Part shown: in pieces, positions 26,857 through 33,901 of the stretch
How the letters are laid out: every line of letters starts with the position of its first letter
Position numbering within the stretch: position 1 is the first letter of the stretch
From: a virus
Taxonomy: Duplodnaviria > Caudoviricetes
Reading direction: 5' to 3' (one strand)
IMG/VR virus record: IMGVR_UViG_3300043443_000016
Location: 1 to 34,924 of that record
DNA length: 34,924 nt
Notes under the pieces: generated by a model
Told to the model about the DNA's origin: nothing
The model's input: the letters and a program-made list of their open reading frames with translations, nothing else
Database searches by the model: none
Translations under genes and position numbers: made by a program

Positions 26857-27301
26857 TGTCTTTCTCCTCGGTAATTGGCCCACCACTAATCCATGCTTCG
26901 CAGGTACGCTTAGAAGCACACTTAAAGTCAAACATCTCGCAATAGCCTAAGTCACCAGCGTCAATGACTTCCCATGCGTCCATCTCGTTGTCGCCAGCCT
27001 CAAGACCTGACTCAATGCAAGAAAGCATCTTAGGGGTTTGAATGAAAGCAGCACAATTGCCACAGCGAGACTTTTTAGCTTGTGCAGGAGCAATTCGCCA
27101 TGCACGAGAGATTTCACGCCAGTAGTCCATGCTTGCATCGTTAGGATTCATCGGGCCATAATTAGCCTTTTCGATAGCCTTCTCACGATTCTCAAGATTG
27201 ACAGCTACATCACCTGTCGCTACTGGACAAGCTTCACCACTTTTTTCTTGGTTTTGTATCTCAATCTCAATTTTTACGGATGGCTCAAGTAGTCCAGACA
27301 T
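26795..27301 (-). CDS. Cys-rich protein with HiPIP-like Fe-S motif
   Basis: RCGNCAAF...GYCEMF...RTCEAW; start MSGLL follows SD GAGGA. Confidence 0.6.
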   Translation of the reverse strand: MSGLLEPSVKIEIEIQNQEKSGEACPVATGDVAVNLENREKAIEKANYGPMNPNDASMDYWREISRAWRIAPAQAKKSRCGNCAAFIQTPKMLSCIESGLEAGDNEMDAWEVIDAGDLGYCEMFDFKCASKRTCEAWISGGPITEEKDNGNNESASSGDDAEAYAEED

Positions 27302-27337
27302 GGTAGTCCTCATGGAGTTTTAACCATTATCTCACAT

Positions 27338-27362
27338 AAAAAAAGAGGGAACAAGTCCCTCT
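27338..27362 (-). terminator. Rho-independent terminator ending the early/middle arm
   Basis: AGAGGGA-CTTGT-TCCCTCT followed by a T run. Confidence 0.85.
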
Positions 27363-27377
27363 AAGTACCTTGGCAAC

Positions 27378-27698
27378 TCAATAAGGCATTGGTACATCTT
27401 GAGGCCATAGACCCAAAGATTTAAGCTTATTGTAGGTGCGTTTGTGTGCTTCTGTCCACATATCCTGACGCTCTTGCTTAGATAGTTTATTCCCTGCGTC
27501 TAGCTGATGGTGGCAAGTTTGGCAGAGTGCTGCTGTGTATTCGTCACTTGCCTTGATGCCTCTCCCTTTGCCATGTTGAGCCATATTTGAATGAGCTGCT
27601 TGGCATCCATCGTCTACACCACACCATTGGCATGGAAGTGAGGCTACATTTCTCAGATGGGTTGTGCTACGGAAATATGGGAATTTAGGATATTTCAA
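27378..27698 (-). CDS. DUF1364/Ref-like zinc-binding HNH-type nuclease
   Basis: CQWC...AAHSN...GKGRGIKASD...LCQTCH. Confidence 0.8.
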   Translation of the reverse strand: MKYPKFPYFRSTTHLRNVASLPCQWCGVDDGCQAAHSNMAQHGKGRGIKASDEYTAALCQTCHHQLDAGNKLSKQERQDMWTEAHKRTYNKLKSLGLWPQDVPMPY

Positions 27699-28143
27699 CT
27701 ACTTTATCTCCATGTGATCTGATGTAATCTTTGGTTTTTTTGATGTATCTCTCAAATTCTGACCTAGAAATGCTTGATTGCTGAAGGTCTGCAAATGCTA
27801 TCAAATCACGGATTGCTTGAATACCCTCACCACTTAACCCAAGTTTCTTAGTCTTTTCAAACCTAAGTGCTGCCTCATGTAGTGCTTTTTGAGCTTTCTC
27901 GCATACTGGCAATACTTCTGGGCCTATCCCCCCACGCCCAAGCATCTCACTTAGGTTAAGCACATCAACAAGCGTCCTCCAGTCTTGGACTGTTCCTTGA
28001 CCCTTTGTAATAGCCTCAAGAGCTGAATACTCAAGTAGCCTGAGTTTGTCCAGCTTTTCCCTGTGCGTTATCGCTGCCCCTACTATCGCATGAGTTATCG
28101 GGTCTATCAGATTCCAGACTTTTCTCTTCGTTCTTTTTCTCAT
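27685..28143 (-). CDS. Hypothetical phage protein
   Basis: Likely ATG start MRKRTKRKVW; helical, 152 aa. Confidence 0.7.
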   Translation of the reverse strand: MRKRTKRKVWNLIDPITHAIVGAAITHREKLDKLRLLEYSALEAITKGQGTVQDWRTLVDVLNLSEMLGRGGIGPEVLPVCEKAQKALHEAALRFEKTKKLGLSGEGIQAIRDLIAFADLQQSSISRSEFERYIKKTKDYIRSHGDKVVEIS

Positions 28144-28228
28144 TATCTTTTCCAAAGATGGCATCCCATCTATTTGCATATTCTTGATTGCTTACTTGAA
28201 ACGGACGAGGAATTGACCCCTTGCTCAT
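28031..28228 (-). CDS. Small hypothetical protein
   Basis: SD GGGGAAG, ATGA coupling; MSKGSIPRP...NRWDAIFG. Confidence 0.6.
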   Translation of the reverse strand: MSKGSIPRPFQVSNQEYANRWDAIFGKDNEKKNEEKSLESDRPDNSCDSRGSDNAQGKAGQTQAT

Positions 28229-28635
28229 GCTTCCCCCTTAATGCCGTGTGCGGCTTCGATGGCTCGGGCAACTCGCAAGTCGTCTTGCCAATTCCTTTTT
28301 AAATCAGACCCAAGAAACTCAGCCTCCAGCGCATCTTGAATTTCATCATCCGTCAGCGGCTTGCGCTGTGCATCACGGCGACCAATGAACTTTCCGCGAG
28401 GAGTACAGGCTCGCCAACAGGTTTCATATTGACCACAGCAAGGTTGTGCGTCCTTCAGGCTTTCGATCAAACCCACAGGCTCATCCTTCGCTTCTAGTGC
28501 GGCTTTAATGGCGGCAATAGCTCGATGGTTCTTTACCAATTGATAGTCATTAGGGCTTGCTAAGTGTCGGTGTAATTCACCAGTTGATGACACTAACACC
28601 TCCAATGCTAATTCAAGGACTTCGTCTTTACTCAT
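28225..28635 (-). CDS. Mosaic hypothetical early protein
   Basis: LELALEVL, AIKAALEAKDEPV, PLTDDEI and ARAIEAAHGI modules typical of accessory phage genes. Confidence 0.7.
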   Translation of the reverse strand: MSKDEVLELALEVLVSSTGELHRHLASPNDYQLVKNHRAIAAIKAALEAKDEPVGLIESLKDAQPCCGQYETCWRACTPRGKFIGRRDAQRKPLTDDEIQDALEAEFLGSDLKRNWQDDLRVARAIEAAHGIKGEA

Positions 28636-28840
28636 CTTTTAGCTCCCTGACATAAATAGCAAAACTTGCAGCAGTATCACCAAATGGCAATCTCTCAATA
28701 CTGGTTGCTATTCTTTCTTTCTCATGCTGTGCTACTAGCTTGGCAAAATCTTTAACTTCTTGATGGCACATGAATCTAGCATCAAGCAAAAAACCTAATC
28801 CAGCTTGTTTAGCCATCTTAATGATTTCATCTTGTGTCAT
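28628..28840 (-). CDS. Hypothetical protein (MTQDEII family)
   Basis: IIKMAKQAG...FAKLVAQHEKE. Confidence 0.7.
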   Translation of the reverse strand: MTQDEIIKMAKQAGLGFLLDARFMCHQEVKDFAKLVAQHEKERIATSIERLPFGDTAASFAIYVRELKDE

Positions 28841-29115
28841 AGTTCAACCTTTACTAATCGAATTTCACCGCCTTCGTTTCTCATAGTTTTTCGAGCCTCT
28901 GCTATAGCTTCTTCTCTTGATTCAAACAAAGGAGGTGGGCATTTGAAAAAGTCCCTCTTCGAGTAATCAAAGTTTCCATAAACCTGTGAAAAGTATGCTT
29001 GAGGAGACATCCTATACCAAGCCATCCAACCGCTTGGCTTTGGTTGATTTACGATAACTTCTACTGAAGTTTGTGAAGTACCTTCTTTAATCTCAATGAT
29101 TTCATCTTGTGTCAT
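28837..29115 (-). CDS. Hypothetical protein (MTQDEII start)
   Basis: Coupled ORF; its first 21 nt are identical to those of the next gene. Confidence 0.65.
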   Translation of the reverse strand: MTQDEIIEIKEGTSQTSVEVIVNQPKPSGWMAWYRMSPQAYFSQVYGNFDYSKRDFFKCPPPLFESREEAIAEARKTMRNEGGEIRLVKVEL

Positions 29116-29378
29116 TACACACCTCTCATGTCGTAGTCAACACTTGCGGAATGGTCAGATTCTTCAATCAAATGGCTTGCCAACATCATCGTGCCACGCA
29201 TCTCAATCTCGATAAACTGCTCATCAGACAGCAATGAGAAAACATCTACACCTTGGTAGTGAATTGACTTTAGATTCTCAGCATAAGTGCCCTCCTCATC
29301 TATCGAGTATTCCAAGACGCATTGCACAGTCTCGTCACCAGCACCAGTAGTTGTTTCAAACTTGAATTCGTATTCCAT
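29115..29378 (-). CDS. Small, very acidic early protein
   Basis: Rich in D/E with very few K/R; first gene behind a promoter cassette; SD AAGGA. Confidence 0.75.
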   Translation of the reverse strand: MEYEFKFETTTGAGDETVQCVLEYSIDEEGTYAENLKSIHYQGVDVFSLLSDEQFIEIEMRGTMMLASHLIEESDHSASVDYDMRGV

Positions 29379-29385
29379 GACTTAA

Positions 29386-29467
29386 TCCTTAAAAGTACCC
29401 TTGCGAATTGCTTGGGCTGAGTGAAGTATAGCAAACTAAACACAATATATGCTAGGTACTTTCCCTA
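29386..29467 (-). promoter_or_regulatory. Early promoter/operator/leader cassette, copy A
   Basis: TAGGGAAAGTACCTAG...TGTTTAGTTTGCTATACTT...TCAGCCCA...GGGTACTTTTAAGGA; extended -10 TGcTATACT. Confidence 0.75.
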
Positions 29468-29468
29468 A

Positions 29469-29870
29469 TTACAAATCAATTCCGTTGTTTGCCGACCACG
29501 AATAAAGCCACTCAATAAACTCGTTTGCCATTTCTTTGGTGAAATTTCTAGTCTGAAAGCCTAGTTGGACAATGCCAGAGCCATCAAGGTTTGGGACTAC
29601 CTTACCTTGAATGTTCTCTACCTCTCGCAAATATTGGTCAACCAGTAAGCGCTTCCAATCCTCGGCAGACCACTTAGCACCCATGTGCTGTGCTTGTTTG
29701 GCAATGTCGCCAATCATGGCGTGATACTTTTCCTCTTGCTCACGAGTTTTGCTAACTAACTTAATTTCCATTGTTAAATGTTTGCCAGCATCCAAGGCTT
29801 TGGTTATCTTGTCCCAATGAAGACGAATACTAGTTTTCGCCTGTTCTGTGCTTGTCAAGTGAATAATCAT
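29469..29870 (-). CDS. ninB: NinB-like recombination protein
   Basis: KTREQEEKYHAMIGDIAKQ...WSAEDWKRLL...TRNFTKEMANEFIEWL. Confidence 0.85.
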   Translation of the reverse strand: MIIHLTSTEQAKTSIRLHWDKITKALDAGKHLTMEIKLVSKTREQEEKYHAMIGDIAKQAQHMGAKWSAEDWKRLLVDQYLREVENIQGKVVPNLDGSGIVQLGFQTRNFTKEMANEFIEWLYSWSANNGIDL

Positions 29871-30133
29871 TTAACAACTCCAATCATTCTTAAAGCCGCT
29901 TCTGGGCTATCTATTCTTGCCAAGGTACTCCCAGACCAATTCTCGAAAAAGTCGGCTTGTAGCTTCGTTAAACGCTTTTTAGAGTCTGTTTTGATCTCCA
30001 CCAAGAAAGTGTGATTCTTGTACCCAACCAAAAGGTCAACAGGCAAGCCAATAATCCATACATAAGCGCCAGCACCTCGTAAGGCTGAGACTATCTGTTC
30101 TTGGTTAGCGTCCACTCTAGCTGCTCGTCTCAT
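29867..30133 (-). CDS. VRR-NUC-like PD-(D/E)xK nuclease/resolvase
   Basis: VDANQEQIVSALR, PVDLLVGY, LVEIK and LTKLQ motifs. Confidence 0.8.
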   Translation of the reverse strand: MRRAARVDANQEQIVSALRGAGAYVWIIGLPVDLLVGYKNHTFLVEIKTDSKKRLTKLQADFFENWSGSTLARIDSPEAALRMIGVVK

Positions 30134-30714
30134 ACTGCACCCCATTGGTTTGCCATTGCTAAAGCTATTCCTTCAAAGGTTTTTGCTCTGTTTTTTTGTC
30201 TATCTTTGCCACCAGCATTAAACCAATTGCCCACAACCTTAGTGCTTTCTTGTTTTTGCACATACATTGTTGCCATCAATGGGGGTAAGTTTTTTAACCA
30301 AAGACAAGTTTTCTTTTGATAAGGATGTCCAAATTCATAAGGCTGAATTACTTGATGATATTTAGGCAATCCAAAGATTGATGATGGAACTGGATTCTCG
30401 ACACAGATTTTTTTGATGTTGCAAGTTAACAACTTCATAAAGAATTGTTTTGCTTCTAATCCTTGTTCATAACGCTGTTGATTTAAAAACTTTTTAGGAT
30501 AAAGATGTCTTGCGCCAGCATTTGAAAGATAAGTGCATGGAGGATGTGCAACCATTAAATCCCAACCATCGTCAAGAACATCAAAAATATCGCCCTGATA
30601 GTGAGGGCCTTGAACATCTGTTGGCAGCAAGTCACATGACATTGCATCATGTCCTAAAGCAATAAAAGCATCTCTTACTGTTCCAGAGTATTCACAAGCA
30701 ACTAAAACTCTCAT
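30130..30714 (-). CDS. Compact DNA cytosine methyltransferase-like protein
   Basis: VLVACEYSG (motif I variant), AHPPCT (catalytic PC), VENP and KKTCLW. Confidence 0.8.
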   Translation of the reverse strand: MRVLVACEYSGTVRDAFIALGHDAMSCDLLPTDVQGPHYQGDIFDVLDDGWDLMVAHPPCTYLSNAGARHLYPKKFLNQQRYEQGLEAKQFFMKLLTCNIKKICVENPVPSSIFGLPKYHQVIQPYEFGHPYQKKTCLWLKNLPPLMATMYVQKQESTKVVGNWFNAGGKDRQKNRAKTFEGIALAMANQWGAV

Positions 30715-30923
30715 TCAAGTGTCCCATCTTTAATTCTGTTCATGTAAGTGCGGATACGATCTCTAGCACCAGAGCCATAGATTCGTTCTGCTCGCTCTAG
30801 CCGACCACGCACAAAGTCTCTATCTTTATTTGTCTCCCAAGTGCGATAAAGTTCTCTGGCCTCTGCTTGCTCCAGTTGAACCCTATCGCTTGGGTTTTCT
30901 ACATTACGCCTGCTCCAAGTCAC
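30711..30923 (-). CDS. Hypothetical protein
   Basis: Coupled ORF with GTG start; charged and helical. Confidence 0.6.
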   Translation of the reverse strand: MTWSRRNVENPSDRVQLEQAEARELYRTWETNKDRDFVRGRLERAERIYGSGARDRIRTYMNRIKDGTLE

Positions 30924-31017
30924 CTGTCAATTCCAATGCTTTGTTTATCAGATGAAGAGGGTAAGGTACGCCTTCACGAACCTTGTCTAGCAGTCTCATG
31001 GCTTCGTAGTAAGACAA
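30904..31017 (-). CDS. Hypothetical 37-aa protein (not in ORF track)
   Basis: SD AAGGAG with TTG start: MSYYEAMRLLDKVREGVPYPLHLINKALELTGDLEQA*. Confidence 0.6.
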   Translation of the reverse strand: MSYYEAMRLLDKVREGVPYPLHLINKALELTGDLEQA

Positions 31018-31028
31018 AATTTTCTCCT

Positions 31029-31484
31029 TTACTCAAATAATTGCCATCTTTTTTTGCGTTTTATGTCGCTAACAGCAACTTGAGATATGCAAAATTTTTC
31101 AGCAATAATTCTTTGTTTTATTTTTTCATCCAACATTGCTCTTATTTGTCTAACTTGTTCAAGTGTTAATTTAGATGCTCTATTTTTTTCACCACCTAAA
31201 TTTATTCTTGGATGCCTACATTTTTTCCACATATCTAAAACATTTTCTTTTTGAGTTCCAAGAAATAAATGCTCTGGATTTATACATTGTGGAACATCGC
31301 ACTTATGGCAAACATTTAAGCCAATAGGAATTTCACCATTTGCTTCAATCCACGATGCTCTATGAGCGTTCATTTGAGTTCCTTTGTAAGCAACCCAACC
31401 ATAAGGATGACCAATTTTTTTTAATGCACCTTGATATAACCAACAACCATTGGCATCAATAACAATTCGTTTAAGAAATTTCAT
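31029..31484 (-). CDS. HNH homing endonuclease with C-terminal HTH
   Basis: GCWLYQG...AHRASW...VCHKCDVPQCINPEHLFLGTQKEN; AT-rich. Confidence 0.9.
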   Translation of the reverse strand: MKFLKRIVIDANGCWLYQGALKKIGHPYGWVAYKGTQMNAHRASWIEANGEIPIGLNVCHKCDVPQCINPEHLFLGTQKENVLDMWKKCRHPRINLGGEKNRASKLTLEQVRQIRAMLDEKIKQRIIAEKFCISQVAVSDIKRKKRWQLFE

Positions 31485-32254
31485 ACTTTCCTCACTACTT
31501 CTGCAATGTATTTGCGAACATGGTCTGGAATGGGTGCAGCCTTCTTTTCATCAGCTTTAATCTTTTCCAATGCAGGGTCAGGCTCATTCTTTGATGGAAC
31601 TGTGAGCCTCACAATGTCAGCAGGGTTTGGTTTAGGTGCGTAAGTATTTCTAACCCAATTACGCCAAGTTGCATCCCAATCCAACTTCACACCTTTTTGA
31701 CCAGATTGAGCAATCCAATGATCTTTAAAATTATCAAATGTTTTCTGTGGATTCAGTTCTGGCCTATGGTCAACACAAAACTTTTCCCATTCTTTTGACA
31801 AACAAGAATTTTGAGGGAGGCGTGAGCCTCTCTTGTTCTTATCTATTGGTTTATGGTTATTGGTTATTGGTTCTTGGTTAGGGTTATGTTTGGAAACCAC
31901 TTGGGTTTCTTGTGGGATAGCATCTGGGTTTGATTTGGGTCTACCACCTAGCTTTCCAACAGTACGATTACGCTCTGCTTTAGCTTGATAGTCAGCTATT
32001 GCTTTGTCGCATCGTTTGTGAAACCAACAATCATTCTCCATGTCAAACATAAAGAATTCTTCAAGTACTGTTTGCACTGCATTGATTTGATCTGTCATCC
32101 GTATCCGTCTGGAAACCTCTTGGGTTTTGTTTGGGATAGGTTTTTCGCTTGTGTAGTACAAGTCTAGCAATCGTCTAAATGCCAAATCCTCATAGATTGA
32201 CAAATGAGCCGTGTCGTGAATGTAGTCACTCACATGAAAAGAGTAGTAGTGCAT
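31481..32254 (-). CDS. Replication initiator (DUF1376/YdaU-like N-terminus, lambda O-like layout)
   Basis: YYSFHVSDY..DTAHLS..E..AFRRLLDLYY, GKLGGRP, and C-terminal KLDWDATWRNW. Confidence 0.85.
   Translation of the reverse strand: MHYYSFHVSDYIHDTAHLSIYEDLAFRRLLDLYYTSEKPIPNKTQEVSRRIRMTDQINAVQTVLEEFFMFDMENDCWFHKRCDKAIADYQAKAERNRTVGKLGGRPKSNPDAIPQETQVVSKHNPNQEPITNNHKPIDKNKRGSRLPQNSCLSKEWEKFCVDHRPELNPQKTFDNFKDHWIAQSGQKGVKLDWDATWRNWVRNTYAPKPNPADIVRLTVPSKNEPDPALEKIKADEKKAAPIPDHVRKYIAEVVRKV
31846..31893. repeat. Tandem 7-bp iteron-like repeats (TGGTTAT variants), putative origin
   Basis: ttggtttatggttattggttattggttcttggttagggttatgtttgg lies inside the initiator linker. Confidence 0.6.
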
Positions 32255-32272
32255 ATCTCTCGCCTTTTACAA

Positions 32273-32352
32273 CTCCCTAGAAAGAAACAGTCGGCAGGAG
32301 AGGGAGGAACTCTTTTCGGTACGCTCATGACTTCGTACCTAGCCGTTGTTTC
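32273..32352 (-). ncRNA. Structured 5' leader RNA of the initiator gene (three-way junction, possible pseudoknot)
   Basis: Helices GAAACA/UGUUUC, CGGC/GCCG and GGUACG/CGUACC; CUCCCU is complementary to a downstream AGGGAG. Confidence 0.65.
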
Positions 32353-32357
32353 AAAAC

Positions 32358-32392
32358 ATTGTAAACTTAAAAAAGCCTACTGTAAACTTAAA
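32358..32392 (-). promoter_or_regulatory. Sigma70 promoter of the initiator operon with overlapping 12-bp direct repeats
   Basis: TTTACA-N17-TACAAT; TTTAAGTTTACA occurs twice, 21 bp apart. Confidence 0.75.
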
Positions 32393-32756
32393 TTCTTTGA
32401 TTATTTGTAATCTGCTTTGTGAAATCAGGATTGCCCTTGTACAACCTCTTAGCTTGAGCGTTCATTACTCGGTACTCAGCAGGGGTAAAAATACCCTTGG
32501 CATTACGAATGTCAAACGGATTCAATAAGCAGCGCTTCTCTTCTGGCTTCTTAGCCTCAATCAAATCGTCTGACAAAGTGTATTTGGCAATCCAATGCTT
32601 CCCAACCTTGACCAACTCTGTTGTTAATTCACCCTTATGGCGAAGTTTCTTGGCTGTTGACAGGACAGTAGCCTGTGGCATACCAGTTAGGTTGGCCAGC
32701 TCATGTGAGGTTAGTGGGCCATTCTGGAGGGCTTTAATAATTCTTGCTTGTGTCAT
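32388..32756 (-). CDS. Winged-helix DNA-binding protein
   Basis: IIKALQNGPLTSHELANLTGMPQATVLSTAKKL; start MTQ by ATGA coupling to cro. Confidence 0.8.
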   Translation of the reverse strand: MTQARIIKALQNGPLTSHELANLTGMPQATVLSTAKKLRHKGELTTELVKVGKHWIAKYTLSDDLIEAKKPEEKRCLLNPFDIRNAKGIFTPAEYRVMNAQAKRLYKGNPDFTKQITNNQRI

Positions 32757-32905
32757 TTGAACCACTCTGGTCTGAGTTCTTTAAGTTGATAAATTCGTAA
32801 TAAAGGAATTGACTTCCATTGAAAAACAGCTCCTCTTGAAATGCCCAATATACGAGCAAGTTTGCTTTGAGAGCCAGCGAGTTTAATTGCAGTTTGTTTG
32901 TCCAT
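32753..32905 (-). CDS. cro: Cro-like HTH repressor, 50 aa (not in ORF track)
   Basis: MDKQTAIKLAGSQSKLARILGISRGAVFQWKSIPLLRIYQLKELRPEWFK*; first gene of the leftward arm at the divergence point. Confidence 0.85.
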   Translation of the reverse strand: MDKQTAIKLAGSQSKLARILGISRGAVFQWKSIPLLRIYQLKELRPEWFK

Positions 32906-32940
32906 CCTGTCAGTGTAGCAAAGTCAACAAAATACAACAC

Positions 32941-33036
32941 TAGGGAAAATACTTAGTAAATAATTGTTGATCTGTATGTTTAGATTGCTATACTTACATC
33001 AGCCCACAACAAATCGTAAGTGGGTACTTTTAAGGA
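32941..33036 (+). promoter_or_regulatory. Early promoter/operator/leader cassette, copy B
   Basis: TAGGGAAAATACTTAG, TTGATC-N16-TATACT with extended -10, TCAGCCCA...GGGTACTTTTAAGGA. Confidence 0.8.
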
Positions 33037-33043
33037 AAATCAA

Positions 33044-33136
33044 ATGAAAAGCAAGATTATTCAAACTCTAGTTGAGTGGACATTGGCAATCATCATCTTT
33101 GGTGGTTGGGGTGTTTTGTTAGCTTGGAGAGGCTAA
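33044..33136 (+). CDS. Single-TM early peptide, 30 aa (not in ORF track)
   Basis: SD AAGGA; MKSKIIQTLVEWTLAIIIFGGWGVLLAWRG*; TAATG coupling to the next gene. Confidence 0.7.
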   Translation: MKSKIIQTLVEWTLAIIIFGGWGVLLAWRG

Positions 33137-33294
33137 TGCAAACAGAACAACTAAGACGCAAAGCAAGACAGCTTTACAACAACAAGTTAGTCCCAACAGA
33201 AGTCAATCAATACAATCAGCGCAAGTGGGTTAGATCAGTTCTCAGACTTGGTGATAAATGGTTGGTTGCTAAACAAGTTCAAAGAATTCAATAA
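33136..33294 (+). CDS. Small basic hypothetical protein, 52 aa
   Basis: MQTEQLRRKARQLY...NQRKWVRSVLRLGDKWLVA. Confidence 0.7.
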   Translation: MQTEQLRRKARQLYNNKLVPTEVNQYNQRKWVRSVLRLGDKWLVAKQVQRIQ

Positions 33295-33304
33295 GGAAAT
33301 CAAA

Positions 33305-33901
33305 ATGGTACACAAGAAGTTAATGCAAGCAAGAATCATCTTGCAAGAAATGTCACTCAAAAAGTCTGGCAAAAATACTTATGCGGGCTACCAGTATTTT
33401 GAGTTAGGCGATTTCCTTCCTCAAATCAATGCAATCTTTAATGAAGTTGGTCTATGTGGCATAGTCTCATACGATGCTGAGATTGCAAGCCTTACCATCA
33501 CAGATACAGACGATGGCACTAACATCATCATTACCTCACCAATGGCAGATGCTAACCTTAAGGGTTGCCATCCTATCCAAAACCTTGGGGCTGTAGAAAC
33601 ATACACTAGACGCTACCTTTGGGTTACAGCAATGGAAATCGTTGAGCATGATGCTCTGGATTCGTCTGCACCACTCAAGGAAGAAAAAGTAGTTATTACG
33701 CCAACACAAGGCATTGCAGACAGTTTGCCTCCAGAGGAGATGGAATATCTGCGTGAGTTGGCAATGGAACTCATGGCTCTTGATGGAAAGCAAGGACTTG
33801 AGAAAATGGAGGCAGAGAACCTAGAGGCTGACCAGAAGGTTGCCTTGTGGGGATTACTGCCAAGCAAAGTAAGATCAGCTATTAAGAAAGCAAAAGAATA
33901 A
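33305..33901 (+). CDS. erf: ERF-family single-strand annealing recombinase
   Basis: KSGKN..AGYQYFEL...QNLGAVETYTRRYL...D.LD; SD AAGGA before the ATG at 33305. Confidence 0.85.
   Translation: MVHKKLMQARIILQEMSLKKSGKNTYAGYQYFELGDFLPQINAIFNEVGLCGIVSYDAEIASLTITDTDDGTNIIITSPMADANLKGCHPIQNLGAVETYTRRYLWVTAMEIVEHDALDSSAPLKEEKVVITPTQGIADSLPPEEMEYLRELAMELMALDGKQGLEKMEAENLEADQKVALWGLLPSKVRSAIKKAKE

Noticed and set aside
32284-32352. Hammerhead ribozyme or tRNA reading of the leader fold
   Set aside because: A stem followed by GAAA is present, but the CUGANGA core is not in the required position, and there is no T-loop, anticodon arm or CCA.
32734-32940. 68-aa minus-strand ORF from the track
   Set aside because: Wrong frame; the Cro-like ORF 32753-32905 occupies this space.
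33076-33304. Upstream extensions of the 72-aa and 217-aa track ORFs
   Set aside because: SD position and coupling support starts at 33136 and 33305; the extensions overlap other genes.
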